A stretch of 62,632 bases of DNA, the filler included. It is 5 parts of 5 records of this genome, joined end to end, with 100 filler letters (N's around TTAATTAATTAA, not from the genome) between each part and the next. Parts side by side here need not be neighbours in the genome. Positions count along the whole stretch, not along the records: positions 37,561 to 49,135 come from DRR378314_85; positions 49,236 to 62,632 come from DRR378314_90; 3 more parts are not named here. One strand, 5' to 3'. The position numbers were made by a program, and so were the translations under genes. A model generated the notes under the pieces. It ran no database searches. It saw only the letters and a program-made list of their open reading frames with translations, and was not told the DNA's origin. The first letter of the stretch is position 1; each line of letters opens with the position of its first letter. Below, in pieces: positions 40,824 through 51,493 of this stretch.

Positions 40824-42824
40824 ATGTTGAGTAGACCAAGCAAAGTGCTTACCCAGTCTTACGTAAAGGTGTGGGTAAGCCTTTTTATATTAGTTTGTAG
40901 TTTTACACCATGCTTAGTGACGGCAAGTGCTGTTGAGCTGCAAATGTATGACAGTCAAGGCGCAGCCGTTGCACCGGGTGTTATTTTGCAAAGTGATGCA
41001 AAAATGAAGGTAACGGGTCTGATAAATCACGTTATCGTGACTCAGCATTACCGTAACGAAAACCCGTTTTCAGTGAATGCGCGTTATGTATTTCCACTGC
41101 CTGATGAAAGTGCTGTACATGCAATGACTATGCGCATTGGCGAACGTGTCATTAAAGGCCAAATAGATAAGACAGAGCAAGCAGAGCAGCGTTTTCAACA
41201 AGCTAAAAAAGCAGGTAAACAAGCGGCCATTGTCAGGCAGCAACGGGCAAATATATTCACTACAAATGTAGCCAATATAAACCCTGGTGAAACCGTTATT
41301 ATCGAGCTTGAGTATCAAGAAGTGATTGATTATCGCAGTGGTACTTTTGCGCTTAGATTTCCGACGACGATAACACCGCGTTATCATCCACTTAATGGCG
41401 AGTTATCAGCTGCAAACGCTCAAGATAATAAAGCGATTAACACGCCTTTAGTTGCTAATGGCTGGATCAGCCCTGTTTATCAAACTTCGGCTGGCTCGGC
41501 TTCTGATAGTGGAACGTTTAGTTTAACTATTAATATCGATGTTGGATTGGAATTGGTTGATATTGAATCTAAATACCACCAAATTGCAGTAACTAATCCT
41601 CAGTTTGGCCATTACCAAATTTTACTGGATGAAGGTAATGCCGTTAACCGCGACTTTTTACTGGAGTTTAAACCACTGCAAAAAGAGCAAGCGCAAGCTG
41701 CGTATTTTACTGAGCAGTTGGAAAATGGTGAACGTTACGGTTTATTAATGCTAATGCCACCAGATGAGCACTTTACTCAAACGCAAAGACTGCCGCGTGA
41801 AATGGTTTTTGTAATTGATACTTCGGGCTCAATGCATGGTCAATCAATGGAGCAGGCAAAAAGTGCGTTGTACTATGCATTATCTTTACTTGATGCAAAC
41901 GACAGCTTTAATATTATTGGGTTTGACGACCAAGTAGCCCCTATGAGCGAGCATCCGGTTGCAGCTAATGACTTTAATCTGCGCCGAGCCGAGCGTTTTG
42001 TTTACAACCTACAAGCGGATGGCGGCACTAATATTGAAGATGCGTTAGATGCGGTGCTTGATAACAGCGAGCAAGAGGGGTTTGTGCGCCAAGTGGTATT
42101 TTTAACGGATGGCAGTGTTAGTAATGAAGCTGAACTATTTACACATATTCGCATGCAATTAGGTGATACGCGTTTATTTACGGTAGGAATAGGCAGTGCA
42201 CCAAATAGTTACTTTATGCGACGCGCTGCTGATGTGGGTCGGGGAACATTTACTTTTATAGGTAGTACGAAAGATGTACAACCGATAATGCAGCAATTAT
42301 TCAATAAATTGGCTCATCCTGCCATTACTCAATTAACCTTGCAAAGTAATGATAAGCAGCTCGAGTATTGGCCATCACCGTTACCTGATTTATATTTTTC
42401 AGAGCCTGTTATGGTGGCCATTAAATTAACAAACAATGATGGAGTAAGTCTTCTCGGTCAAACAGCGCAAGGGCCACTTAATTTAAAACTTAATGCACAG
42501 CAAGGCCAAAATGCAATGGGCATAAGCCGATTATGGGCACGGCAAAAAATTAAGTCGTTATTACTTTATAACGATAAACAACTAGTAAAAGAGCAGGTTC
42601 AAAACCTAGCATTAGAGCATCAATTACTAAGCCCATTTACTGCATTTGTCGCGATTGAGCAAACAGCAATAAACACGCCAGCTGAACACGATGTACAAGT
42701 GGCAAATCAACCCGTGCAAGGACTCACCATGCGATTGCCGCAAACTGATGGGCAAAGTAGGTTACACATGTTTTTGGGGGGCATTTTAATCACTGTGTTC
42801 GTTTTTTTAAGAGTCAAAAAATGA
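40824..42824 (+). CDS. Marine proteobacterial sortase target protein (VIT + vWA + LPxT sorting signal)
   Basis: Signal peptide; VIT (YVFPLPDESAV, IELEYQE); vWA MIDAS DTSGS and LTDG; C-terminal LPQTD + hydrophobic stretch + RVKK. Confidence 0.9.
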   Translation: MLSRPSKVLTQSYVKVWVSLFILVCSFTPCLVTASAVELQMYDSQGAAVAPGVILQSDAKMKVTGLINHVIVTQHYRNENPFSVNARYVFPLPDESAVHAMTMRIGERVIKGQIDKTEQAEQRFQQAKKAGKQAAIVRQQRANIFTTNVANINPGETVIIELEYQEVIDYRSGTFALRFPTTITPRYHPLNGELSAANAQDNKAINTPLVANGWISPVYQTSAGSASDSGTFSLTINIDVGLELVDIESKYHQIAVTNPQFGHYQILLDEGNAVNRDFLLEFKPLQKEQAQAAYFTEQLENGERYGLLMLMPPDEHFTQTQRLPREMVFVIDTSGSMHGQSMEQAKSALYYALSLLDANDSFNIIGFDDQVAPMSEHPVAANDFNLRRAERFVYNLQADGGTNIEDALDAVLDNSEQEGFVRQVVFLTDGSVSNEAELFTHIRMQLGDTRLFTVGIGSAPNSYFMRRAADVGRGTFTFIGSTKDVQPIMQQLFNKLAHPAITQLTLQSNDKQLEYWPSPLPDLYFSEPVMVAIKLTNNDGVSLLGQTAQGPLNLKLNAQQGQNAMGISRLWARQKIKSLLLYNDKQLVKEQVQNLALEHQLLSPFTAFVAIEQTAINTPAEHDVQVANQPVQGLTMRLPQTDGQSRLHMFLGGILITVFVFLRVKK

Positions 42825-43399
42825 AATTCTGGTTTAGTGTTTTCGCCCTTGTGTTGGGTGTGGGTTTATTTTCACATGGCAGTTATATACAAGCAAAGGC
42901 ATGGCTTGCTCAGCACTTAATTGAGCAGGCATGGCAAAAAGCGTTACTTACTCCAAATGAGCAAGTAAAACCTTGGTTCTACGCGGATAGCTATGTAACA
43001 GCGCAGCTTAACTGGCCAAGCCAAGGGAAAACGTTATCGATATTGGCAGGGGCTAGTGGCCGTAATTTAGCGTTTGCGCCAAGCCATTATTTACCAAGCG
43101 GTGAGCTTGGTTCTGAACACGGCGCTTTAATTGCGGGGCACAACGACACCCACTTTGCCTTTCTACAAAACGTTAAAGTAGGCGAGCAGTTTAGCTTACA
43201 AACACAAAGTGGTGCTGTGGTGTATTATCAAGTGCGCGAGATTGACGTCGTTCATCAATCCCAAACTGATTTTTTAGCGCACAGTGGTTTGTATTTACTA
43301 ACTTGCTATCCTTTTGATTCAGTCGTGGAAGGGACCGAATTTAGGTTGTTAGTCTCTGCTGATAAGGTGTCGTCAACAACATCAACGACTAATTCTTGA
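42821..43399 (+). CDS. Class GN (Gram-negative) sortase
   Basis: N-terminal TM, IQAKAWLAQHLI, AGHNDTHF (His), LLTCYPF (Cys), downstream Arg; ATGA overlap with target gene. Confidence 0.9.
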   Translation: MKFWFSVFALVLGVGLFSHGSYIQAKAWLAQHLIEQAWQKALLTPNEQVKPWFYADSYVTAQLNWPSQGKTLSILAGASGRNLAFAPSHYLPSGELGSEHGALIAGHNDTHFAFLQNVKVGEQFSLQTQSGAVVYYQVREIDVVHQSQTDFLAHSGLYLLTCYPFDSVVEGTEFRLLVSADKVSSTTSTTNS

Positions 43400-44253
43400 T
43401 GGCGTTGACTGATCATAACACCTACAAACACCACGGTAATACTAAGCCATTGGCCTAAAGTGAGTATTTCACCCAGCATAATGGCAGATAAAATTAAGGT
43501 GAATATTGGAATTAAATTAGAGTATGCAGCAGCAGTAAGCACCGAGACCTTGCTAATCGCATAGTTATACAAACCATACCCACCCAAAGTAACGCAAGAG
43601 CCCAAGTATAAAATACTCATTAATGCAGTTAAATCATGTTGGTTTTCACTTGGTAAATCGATGAACAGTAAAAATGGAGCAAAAAACAAACTGCCACTAA
43701 AACCTTGTAAAGCAATGAGTGTTAAAGGGGAATAGCGCGCGGCTAAGTGCTTTACTGCCACGGTATAAAAAGCCGCACACACCATTGCCATGAGCTCTAA
43801 AAAGTTTCCTAACAGCGGGTTAGGCGCTTGATCTGAAGTAGGAGAGAGCAGCGTCAGTAAAATACTACCGCCAATACAAAAGGTAAAGCCAATAACTATG
43901 GCCTTACTGATGTACTCTTTAAGCATAAAAAACGCGAGAAAGGCAACAATGATAGGTAAACAAGAGACTATCACACCCGCTTGTGAGGCTGAGGTGTATT
44001 CCATAGCGTGCCCTTCAAATAGGAAGTATAAGCACGGCTCCGCTAGTGACATCCCCACTAGATACTTCCAATCCCCCTTATGGTAGTCAAAACGAATAAC
44101 GTAGCGCCATAAACATGCAGCAATGACTAGTGTTGTTAGCATACGTAAAAAAATCACCAGCGCGGGGTCATAAATAGCAATCGCATACTTGAGTGCAATA
44201 AATGAGCTACCCCATAAAAAGGTGGCAATAATTAAACATAAACTGGCAGGCAT
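43306..44253 (-). CDS. DMT/EamA family transporter
   Basis: LWGSSFIALK, TSASQAGVI, two EamA repeats. Confidence 0.9.
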   Translation of the reverse strand: MPASLCLIIATFLWGSSFIALKYAIAIYDPALVIFLRMLTTLVIAACLWRYVIRFDYHKGDWKYLVGMSLAEPCLYFLFEGHAMEYTSASQAGVIVSCLPIIVAFLAFFMLKEYISKAIVIGFTFCIGGSILLTLLSPTSDQAPNPLLGNFLELMAMVCAAFYTVAVKHLAARYSPLTLIALQGFSGSLFFAPFLLFIDLPSENQHDLTALMSILYLGSCVTLGGYGLYNYAISKVSVLTAAAYSNLIPIFTLILSAIMLGEILTLGQWLSITVVFVGVMISQRHQELVVDVVDDTLSAETNNLNSVPSTTESKG

Positions 44254-44378
44254 AATGAGCTCTTACTTAAAATTCAGATGAATAACTTAAAATGCGATCC
44301 TAGCATGAATATTTTTAACTTGTTCAAAAAGCGATAACTGGTATAAATAAATTATTCATATTTTGTGTAGTAAGTAGC

Positions 44379-45482
44379 ATGCATAGGGCACAGGTAATAG
44401 TTGTTAAGCTGGGAACAAGTGTACTTACCGGCGGCACCGATAAACTCGACAAAGCACACATGGTTGAACTTGTTCGCCAATGTAGCGAATTGAAAAAGCA
44501 GGGCCATCAAGTTGTTATGGTATCAAGTGGGGCTGTTGCTGCCGGCCGAGAGCAATTAATTAAACCCTGTGGTCGCTCTATTACTGATAAACAAATGCTT
44601 GCAGCCATTGGTCAGGGTCAGCTTATTCATATTTGGCAAAGCCTGTTTGCGTTATATGGCATTAATGTTGGTCAAATGCTATTAACCCGTGCTGATCTAG
44701 ACGACAGAGAGCGTTACCTCAATGCTCGAGACACATTAACGGCTTTACTTAGTTATGATGTTGTGCCGATTATTAACGAAAATGATGCCGTTGCGACCAG
44801 TGAAATAAAGGTCGGTGATAATGATAACTTATCAGCGCTCGTCGCTATTTTAGCCAATGCTGACAAGTTACTATTATTGACAGATCAAGAAGGGTTATTC
44901 ACCAGCGATCCTCGTACTGATGCTAATGCACAATTGATTGAACAAGTGAGTCATATTGATGATGAGCTACGTCAGCTTGCTGGTGGTAGTGGGACAAATT
45001 TAGGTACGGGCGGTATGGCAACAAAGCTGGAGGCGGCAGACATTGCACGCCGAGCGGGTATTGAAGTCATCATTGCCAAAGGCTCAGGTCAAAATGTCAT
45101 TGTGAATTGTGTGAGTGAGCAATTAACTGGTACCCGCTTTTTAAAACTGAGTGCGCCCAAGGATGGTCGTAAAAAGTGGCTGCTCGCAGGGCCAAAAAGT
45201 AGTGGTCAAATTGTTATAGATGAGGGTGCAACAAACGCTATTAAGCAACATGGCGCGAGTTTATTAGCCAAAGGTGTACGTGCAGCAAAAGGACTATTTA
45301 ACAGGGGAGACTTGGTTGATATAGTGGATTTAAATAATCAGTTTGTAGCGCGTGGAATTATTCGATTTAACCACCAAGAAGTTGAGCAAATTAAAGGCTG
45401 CCACTCCAAAGAAATCATCAGTGTATTAGGCTTTGATTGTGGCTCAGCAGTTATCCATCGTGATGATTTAGTCTTACTCTAA
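44379..45482 (+). CDS. proB: Glutamate 5-kinase
   Basis: [45 protein letters not shown] domain. Confidence 0.96.
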   Translation: MHRAQVIVVKLGTSVLTGGTDKLDKAHMVELVRQCSELKKQGHQVVMVSSGAVAAGREQLIKPCGRSITDKQMLAAIGQGQLIHIWQSLFALYGINVGQMLLTRADLDDRERYLNARDTLTALLSYDVVPIINENDAVATSEIKVGDNDNLSALVAILANADKLLLLTDQEGLFTSDPRTDANAQLIEQVSHIDDELRQLAGGSGTNLGTGGMATKLEAADIARRAGIEVIIAKGSGQNVIVNCVSEQLTGTRFLKLSAPKDGRKKWLLAGPKSSGQIVIDEGATNAIKQHGASLLAKGVRAAKGLFNRGDLVDIVDLNNQFVARGIIRFNHQEVEQIKGCHSKEIISVLGFDCGSAVIHRDDLVLL

Positions 45483-45558
45483 AATTTAGTCAAATAATTT
45501 AGTAATTAAAGGGTGTTGTTCTAGACTTAAGCTTATGTATTCATAAGGTAGATATTAA

Positions 45559-46521
45559 ATGGCGAACCCTTGCGGACATGAGTGGGTTGTATCCATAACC
45601 CAACAAGAAGAAGAGCCCGGTTTAGATCAGGCTTTGCTAAGGGCGATTTCGGAGCTTGCAGAAATTGATGCTTTTGCGATTTATGTTAATAAGCACTTTA
45701 ATGATGATGTAGCGCCTATATTACTGAACAAAGACTCCCCTTTGGGAGCATTAGAGAACCATGAAATATCATCGATCTTGCAAAAGGTATCAAAAAATAA
45801 GATACGCATAAGTGCAGCCTTTGGCTCTTACACAAGTTACATTCCTATGTATTATTTAGGTCGTGTCATTGGCATGTTACTGGTTGAGACGGATCATGAG
45901 TTAGCTGAGCGTACAACTATGCTCAGCATTCATATTTTAAATGTGTATGCGAATCAACTTGCCCTTATTCATCGTTCACGGTTAGACCCCCTCACAGAGC
46001 TTTTAAATCGACAAACCTTTGATACCAAAGTGATAGAGATTGTATCAGATGATGAATTTTCTTTATCAAATGACGCGCAAAGTTGGTTTTTAGCCATCGT
46101 CGATATTGATCATTTTAAACGGGTTAATGACAATTTTGGCCACGTGATTGGGGATGAGGTCATTTTGTTACTGGCGAGGCTACTCAAAAATAATTTTAAA
46201 GTTGATGACTTTGTGTTTCGTTATGGTGGTGAAGAATTTGCTGTACTCTTTAATGCTAAAAGTGATTCTGACGCACTTCATATTCTTGAGTGCTTTAGAA
46301 ATAACGTAGCAGAATATCCTTTCCCTCAAGTGGGTCAGTTAACCGTGAGCATAGGTTATTTAAAGCTGACAGAGGTTGATATGGTGGCCTCACTTGTCAA
46401 TAAAGCAGATTTAGCCCTATACCACTCAAAAGATAATGGCCGCGACCAGGTTACTTCGTACCTTGATCTTAACCTTGTTGAAAAAGTTCAAAATGACGAT
46501 GATGGCATTGAGCTTTTTTAA
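45559..46521 (+). CDS. Diguanylate cyclase (GAF-like + GGDEF)
   Basis: DPLTELLNR, DIDHFKRVNDNFGHVIGD, RYGGEEF; lacks the RxxD I-site (KVDD). Confidence 0.88.
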   Translation: MANPCGHEWVVSITQQEEEPGLDQALLRAISELAEIDAFAIYVNKHFNDDVAPILLNKDSPLGALENHEISSILQKVSKNKIRISAAFGSYTSYIPMYYLGRVIGMLLVETDHELAERTTMLSIHILNVYANQLALIHRSRLDPLTELLNRQTFDTKVIEIVSDDEFSLSNDAQSWFLAIVDIDHFKRVNDNFGHVIGDEVILLLARLLKNNFKVDDFVFRYGGEEFAVLFNAKSDSDALHILECFRNNVAEYPFPQVGQLTVSIGYLKLTEVDMVASLVNKADLALYHSKDNGRDQVTSYLDLNLVEKVQNDDDGIELF

Positions 46522-46584
46522 TGCTATTTTGATGGCTGTTATGCTAAAATCCGTGCCCTTAATTTGTTGTCGATAGGGTAGAAA

Positions 46585-46944
46585 ATGAAATTAGTTCGTT
46601 GGATTTTAGGGTCTTTAATCTTATTTTTTGATTTTATATTTACACCGCGTAGTAAAAAGCGTGCGCCAGAGGACCAAGCAAAGCTCGATCAGCAAACTCG
46701 TGATTTTAAACTCTATCAATTTAAAGCATGCCCATTTTGCGTAAAGGTGCGCCGCGCGATTAAACGTGAAGGCTTAAAAGTAGAAACCCGCGACGCAAAA
46801 AACAATGAACAATATCGCCAAGAGCTGTTAGAGCAAGGTGGCAGAGTTAAGGTTCCTTGCCTGCGTATTGAAAAAGATAACCAAGTAACTTGGTTATACG
46901 AATCAAACGATATCATTGCCTATTTAGATAAAGTCGCAGCCTAA
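46585..46944 (+). CDS. Glutaredoxin/GST-N domain protein
   Basis: CPFC, KVPCLRI, WLYESNDIIAYL. Confidence 0.85.
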   Translation: MKLVRWILGSLILFFDFIFTPRSKKRAPEDQAKLDQQTRDFKLYQFKACPFCVKVRRAIKREGLKVETRDAKNNEQYRQELLEQGGRVKVPCLRIEKDNQVTWLYESNDIIAYLDKVAA

Positions 46945-47026
46945 GGCGAGTGACCACTTCGAAAATTGCCCTTGCTATGCTAGCATCAGGGCAACTTTTA
47001 TAGTCCTTTTTTAAAGAGAATATACT

Positions 47027-48511
47027 ATGACAATCCGTACTCGTGTTGCTCCGTCACCAACAGGTGACCCGCATCTTGGCACTGCTTATATTGCCTTATT
47101 TAATTACTGTTTTGCTAAACAGCAAGGTGGTGAGTTTGTACTTCGTATTGAAGACACAGACCAAGTACGTAGCACGCCAGAATCTGAACAAGCGATTATG
47201 GATAGCCTACGTTGGTTAGGGCTTGAGTGGGATCATGGTCCTGATGTCGGCGGCGAGTTTGGCCCGTATCGTCAATCTGAGCGTAGTGATTTATATAAGA
47301 AATACGCACATCAGCTCGTTGATGAAGGCAAAGCGTTTTACTGTTTTGCAACCAGCGAAGAACTTGACCAAATGCGTGAAGAGCAAATGGCAGAAGGTTT
47401 ACGTCCAAAATACGATGGTCGTGGTTTAAAATTATCGGAAGAAGAAATTAAAGCGAACTTAGCTGCTGGTAAGCCGTATGTTATTCGTATGAACATCCCA
47501 TCTGAGGGCACATTTAAATTTAACGATTATCTGCGTGATGAGATTGAGATCCCATGGGAAAACGTGGACATGCAAGTGCTACTTAAAGCCGATGGTTTTC
47601 CAACGTACTTTTTAGCTAACGTGGTTGATGATCACCACATGCAAATCAGCCATATTTTCCGTGGTGAAGAGTGGATTAACTCTGCACCTAAGTTATTAAA
47701 GCTATACGAAGATTTTGGCTGGGAAGCGCCTGTACTTGGTCACTTACCATTACTGCGTAACCCTGATAAATCAAAGCTATCTAAGCGTAAAAACCCTACC
47801 TCTATTAATTACTATAAAGAAATGGGTTACTTGCCTGAAGCGGTACTGAACTACTTAGGTCGCATGGGTTGGTCAATGCCTGATGAGCGTGAAAAATTCA
47901 CCCTTAATGAAATGATAGAACATTTTGACATGAAGCGAGTGTCACTGGGTGGTCCGGTGTTTGACGTAGACAAGCTAAGCTGGCTAAACGGGATGTGGAT
48001 CCGTGAAAACCTAACAGATGCAGAATTGATGCAACGTTTTGTGGATTGGAAGTTTAACGGCGATATGCTTGCTAAAGTATTACCAGAAGCGAAAACGCGT
48101 ATAAATACACTTTCTGACATGGTTGATTTAGCAGGGCACTTTGTAGGTGGTATCCCGACTTACGACCCTGCACTTTTAACAGCCGGTAAAGCTGACGAAG
48201 ATGTCATTCGCCAAGCTTTACAGTTCTTTATCTGGCAGTTAGAGGGCGTGCGTAGTTGGGAGAAACCTGAAATATTCGCTATTGCTAAAGCGGTGGCAAC
48301 ATTCCACGAGCTTAAAATTAAAGACTTTTTAGAGCCTATATTTGTGGCTATTACTGGCAAAACATCGTCTACCTCGGTTTTAGATGCAATGGAAATTTTA
48401 GGCTCTGATTTATCACGTGCTCGTCTACGAGTCGCGCTTGCCCATATAGGTATTTCTAAAAAGCAGGCTAAAAAAATAGAGCGTGCTTATCGCGAATATC
48501 CAAACGGTTAA
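47027..48511 (+). CDS. gltX: Glutamate--tRNA ligase
   Basis: [25 protein letters not shown]. Confidence 0.96.
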   Translation: MTIRTRVAPSPTGDPHLGTAYIALFNYCFAKQQGGEFVLRIEDTDQVRSTPESEQAIMDSLRWLGLEWDHGPDVGGEFGPYRQSERSDLYKKYAHQLVDEGKAFYCFATSEELDQMREEQMAEGLRPKYDGRGLKLSEEEIKANLAAGKPYVIRMNIPSEGTFKFNDYLRDEIEIPWENVDMQVLLKADGFPTYFLANVVDDHHMQISHIFRGEEWINSAPKLLKLYEDFGWEAPVLGHLPLLRNPDKSKLSKRKNPTSINYYKEMGYLPEAVLNYLGRMGWSMPDEREKFTLNEMIEHFDMKRVSLGGPVFDVDKLSWLNGMWIRENLTDAELMQRFVDWKFNGDMLAKVLPEAKTRINTLSDMVDLAGHFVGGIPTYDPALLTAGKADEDVIRQALQFFIWQLEGVRSWEKPEIFAIAKAVATFHELKIKDFLEPIFVAITGKTSSTSVLDAMEILGSDLSRARLRVALAHIGISKKQAKKIERAYREYPNG

Positions 48512-48533
48512 TATACTTATCAATTAGCCCTAT

Positions 48534-48564
48534 AAAAAAACCGAGCTATATGCTCGGTTTTTTT
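48534..48564. terminator. Bidirectional intrinsic terminator
   Basis: A-run CCGAGC-TATAT-GCTCGG T-run. Confidence 0.85.
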
Positions 48565-48574
48565 ATAGCTATCT

Positions 48575-48961
48575 TTAATAGATATAAGACTGACCAGTAC
48601 ATAAGTAAGCTATGTCACATTCATATTTGGCATATGTCACAGCTTTACATTGCTCAATGGTATAAGCGTTCGCTCCTCGGTTTACAGCATCTTGTTTTAA
48701 TAAAGATTGGGCTTCGGCTTTTAAGTTCTTTTTATTAACAGTCCCTTTGCGATCCTCTTTATAGTTTGTACAGCTGAGCCCCTCTATCTGGCCCATCATC
48801 GTTGCACCCATTTCGATTGCATGTTGGTGGTTTCGAAACTTATATAAATCATGTTTAGCAATTTGATTTGCAATCATGTATTCACTGATATTTGTGGACA
48901 GAATGATAGAGCTACAGCCACTACACAATAATAAAAGCAATAAAAAAAATTCTTTATTCAT
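48575..48961 (-). CDS. RcsF-like lipoprotein
   Basis: Lipobox CSGC; GQIEGLSC...GANA...EQC...C....LCTG four-Cys pattern as in RcsF. Confidence 0.65.
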   Translation of the reverse strand: MNKEFFLLLLLLCSGCSSIILSTNISEYMIANQIAKHDLYKFRNHQHAIEMGATMMGQIEGLSCTNYKEDRKGTVNKKNLKAEAQSLLKQDAVNRGANAYTIEQCKAVTYAKYECDIAYLCTGQSYIY

Positions 48962-48970
48962 TTTGGCTCC

Positions 48971-49135
48971 GTTGACCTCTCAAGGTTAAATTTACAGTAG
49001 TCTGTTTTGTATTTAGGCAAGGCAACGACTATATGGTGTGGTTTTTACTCATAAATAGGCGGTAATGCAGCATCAATGCCAAACAAGCGCTTCCTTTAAA
49101 TGGCCCCTAGTTTGAACGAATTTTAATCCGTAAAG
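48971..49135. repeat. Probable degenerate intergenic repeat/MITE-like element at contig end
   Basis: Imperfect internal inverted repeat 49003-49015/49073-49085; left end partly complementary to AATTTTAATCCGTAAAG at the break; resembles recalled Pseudoalteromonas intergenic repeats. Confidence 0.45.
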
Positions 49136-49235
49136 NNNNNNNNNNNNNNNNNNNNNNNNNNNNNNNNNNNNNNNNNNNNTTAATTAATTAANNNNNNNNN
49201 NNNNNNNNNNNNNNNNNNNNNNNNNNNNNNNNNNN
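49136..49235. other. Artificial contig spacer
   Basis: 44 N + TTAATTAATTAA + 44 N. Confidence 0.98.
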
Positions 49236-49372
49236 CCGAGTAGCACAGCGTCAACCTATACACCGCAGTGTGGTTTGAGTATTTGACACCCACGTATTAA
49301 AGAACACGACAGAGTATGAGAGCGAAGCATTTGTTATGTGGCTCTTTACCGCTGTAGGTATTCGCACTAAGC

Positions 49373-49798
49373 TCAAACTTGACCTTGCAAGGTTGCTACA
49401 ATACGTCGGTTGCCACCATGGTCTCTGTGCTCACCTAAGTAAATACCTTGCCATGTGCCGAGTTGTAAACGGCCATCACTAATTGGGATTGAGAGTTCAC
49501 AGCCTAATGTACTGCTTTTAATATGCGCAGGCATGTCGTCATCACCTTCATAGTCATGGCGGTAATAAGGCTGGCACTGAGGAACAAATTTATTGAAATG
49601 ACTTTCCATATCCATACGAACGGTTGGATCGGCATTTTCGTTGATTGTTAGACTTGCAGAGGTGTGTTGTATAAACAAGCGAAGTAAGCCAATTTTATAA
49701 TTCGCTAACTCGGGAAGTTGTGAAGTAATCTCGTTATCAATAATATGAAAACCTCGCGAGCGAGGTTTTAAATTAATCGTTTTTTGCAGCCAGCTCAT
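49373..49798 (-). CDS. yjbQ: UPF0047 protein YjbQ (secondary thiamine-phosphate synthase)
   Basis: [36 protein letters not shown]. Confidence 0.93.
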   Translation of the reverse strand: MSWLQKTINLKPRSRGFHIIDNEITSQLPELANYKIGLLRLFIQHTSASLTINENADPTVRMDMESHFNKFVPQCQPYYRHDYEGDDDMPAHIKSSTLGCELSIPISDGRLQLGTWQGIYLGEHRDHGGNRRIVATLQGQV

Positions 49799-50262
49799 AG
49801 CTTATCAAAGCTGACTTCAATATTTGCATTGCCTGAATCTGAAGTGAAAGGGATTAAAATTTTTGCCCCTTCGCTTTTATGGGTAATTGTATGGCCTTCG
49901 CCAGATACAACAATAGGTGTTGCCATATCAAAGTCATAGCCTTTCTCACCGAGCAAGTTCTTTGCGCCACCTGTTACCATATTGGTTATTTCACCAACCA
50001 TATCAGTTACTTCTTCGTTAACAGAATCAGGTCTTTCGCCAAGCATGCGTTCCATAATTGTAAGCGCTAAACTTTTATCAAAGGTGATAGAAAAAGAACC
50101 TTTGGTCTGAGGGCCTACCATACCTATCAATCCTGAAACATCACCACAGGCAATTTCATCTTTTTTGATTCTAGGTTTTCCTGGCTTTAATTCTGTTTGC
50201 GCCATTGTGCTTAACACATTTAATAAGGAAGCTAGAAAAGGATTGATAAACTCTACATTCAT
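49795..50262 (-). CDS. cheX: Chemotaxis phosphatase CheX
   Basis: [25 protein letters not shown] (ExxN), ATPIVVSG. Confidence 0.93.
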   Translation of the reverse strand: MNVEFINPFLASLLNVLSTMAQTELKPGKPRIKKDEIACGDVSGLIGMVGPQTKGSFSITFDKSLALTIMERMLGERPDSVNEEVTDMVGEITNMVTGGAKNLLGEKGYDFDMATPIVVSGEGHTITHKSEGAKILIPFTSDSGNANIEVSFDKL

Positions 50263-50344
50263 TGTTACTTGTCCCTTAAGTTTGGCAGTTAAACTGCGTT
50301 TATATACTTTAAAGTGTAGTGCTTTATTTTAGCTCTGCACTTTA

Positions 50345-50779
50345 TTATTCTTTACACGACGCACATTGTCCATGCGCTTCAATTGTTTGACCCGAAACGA
50401 TAAAGCCACTTTCAGCAGCTAAACTATTTAGTTCGTGCGATATGAGGGTCGAGTGCAATTCTTTTACAAACCCACAACTATCACAAATTAAAAGTTGTAC
50501 TGGGTGTATGTGATCAAAATGATGACACAGCATAAAAGCATTAGTACTTTCAATTTTATGTATAAAACCTAATTCAGACAAAAAGTCTAATGCGCGGTAA
50601 ATTGTTGCTGGTTTTGCACCTGATTCAGTTAGTTTTAGCTGTTCAAGTAAATCATATGCGCCAACACCGCCTTGTGCACTTGCGAGAAGGCGAAATACTT
50701 TTTCACGGATTGGGGTAAATCGAGCCCCACGGTTGTCGCACACATGCTTTGCTTTACTAACGAGTGATTCTATATTCAT
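50345..50779 (-). CDS. zur: Zinc uptake regulator (Fur family)
   Basis: RFTPIR, AYDLL, PATIYRALDFL, HKIES, CDSC and CASC; zur-dusA synteny as in E. coli. Confidence 0.88.
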   Translation of the reverse strand: MNIESLVSKAKHVCDNRGARFTPIREKVFRLLASAQGGVGAYDLLEQLKLTESGAKPATIYRALDFLSELGFIHKIESTNAFMLCHHFDHIHPVQLLICDSCGFVKELHSTLISHELNSLAAESGFIVSGQTIEAHGQCASCKE

Positions 50780-50872
50780 CTTCTCTTATCCTTACGCTAC
50801 CGTGATATACTAACATATTGTATTGTACTTGCAGCGTTTTTATTAGACGGTTTTAATCTAGGAAGTTTAGCA

Positions 50873-51493
50873 ATGAATGAATTATTAGCGATTTTCATAT
50901 TCTTTTTTGCCGTTATCGATCCTATTGGCACTGTTCCTGTTTTTATTGCGGTAACGCGTGGAGATAGTGAAAAGTTCAAGCGCAAAGTCATTTACAAGGC
51001 TGTTGCAGTTTCTGCAGCGGTACTCCTTTTCTTTGTGGTAGCAGGGGAGGCGTTATTAAACGCAATCGATATTCCACTCTCAGCATTTCAAATTGCTGGC
51101 GGGATAGTACTTATGTTATTTGCTTTATCAATGATATTTGGTGAAAGTAAGCCTGAAGAAGAGATTAAAAGTGTAAGAGACAGCACTGAAACTGCTATCT
51201 TTCCACTCGCAATCCCCTCAATTGCCAGTCCCGGCGCGATGCTTGGCGCTGTTTTGATGACAAGAAACAATGAATATACATGGGTAGAACAAGCGATTAC
51301 TTCATCCATGATGTTAGCTGTTTTAGTTGTCGTTTTAATTTTACTTTTACTCGCGACCCAGGTGCATAAATTAATTGGCGATAGTGGTGCGAGTATTATT
51401 AGCCGTATAATGGGGCTTATTTTGTCTTCTGTAGCCGTAAATAATATTCTTGACGGTATAGCTCATTATTTTGGTCTTAGTATTTCTGTCTGA
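50873..51493 (+). CDS. MarC family membrane protein
   Basis: IDPIGTVPVF, AFQIAGG, FPLAIPSIASPGA, SRIMGLIL. Confidence 0.9.
   Translation: MNELLAIFIFFFAVIDPIGTVPVFIAVTRGDSEKFKRKVIYKAVAVSAAVLLFFVVAGEALLNAIDIPLSAFQIAGGIVLMLFALSMIFGESKPEEEIKSVRDSTETAIFPLAIPSIASPGAMLGAVLMTRNNEYTWVEQAITSSMMLAVLVVVLILLLLATQVHKLIGDSGASIISRIMGLILSSVAVNNILDGIAHYFGLSISV

Noticed and set aside
49236-49372. GTTATGT-ending segment resembling an attC-like repeat end
   Set aside because: Matching left arm is not visible because of the contig break, and there is no integrase or cassette array
24330-51493. Two marC genes as a duplication
   Set aside because: They lie on contigs from different organisms
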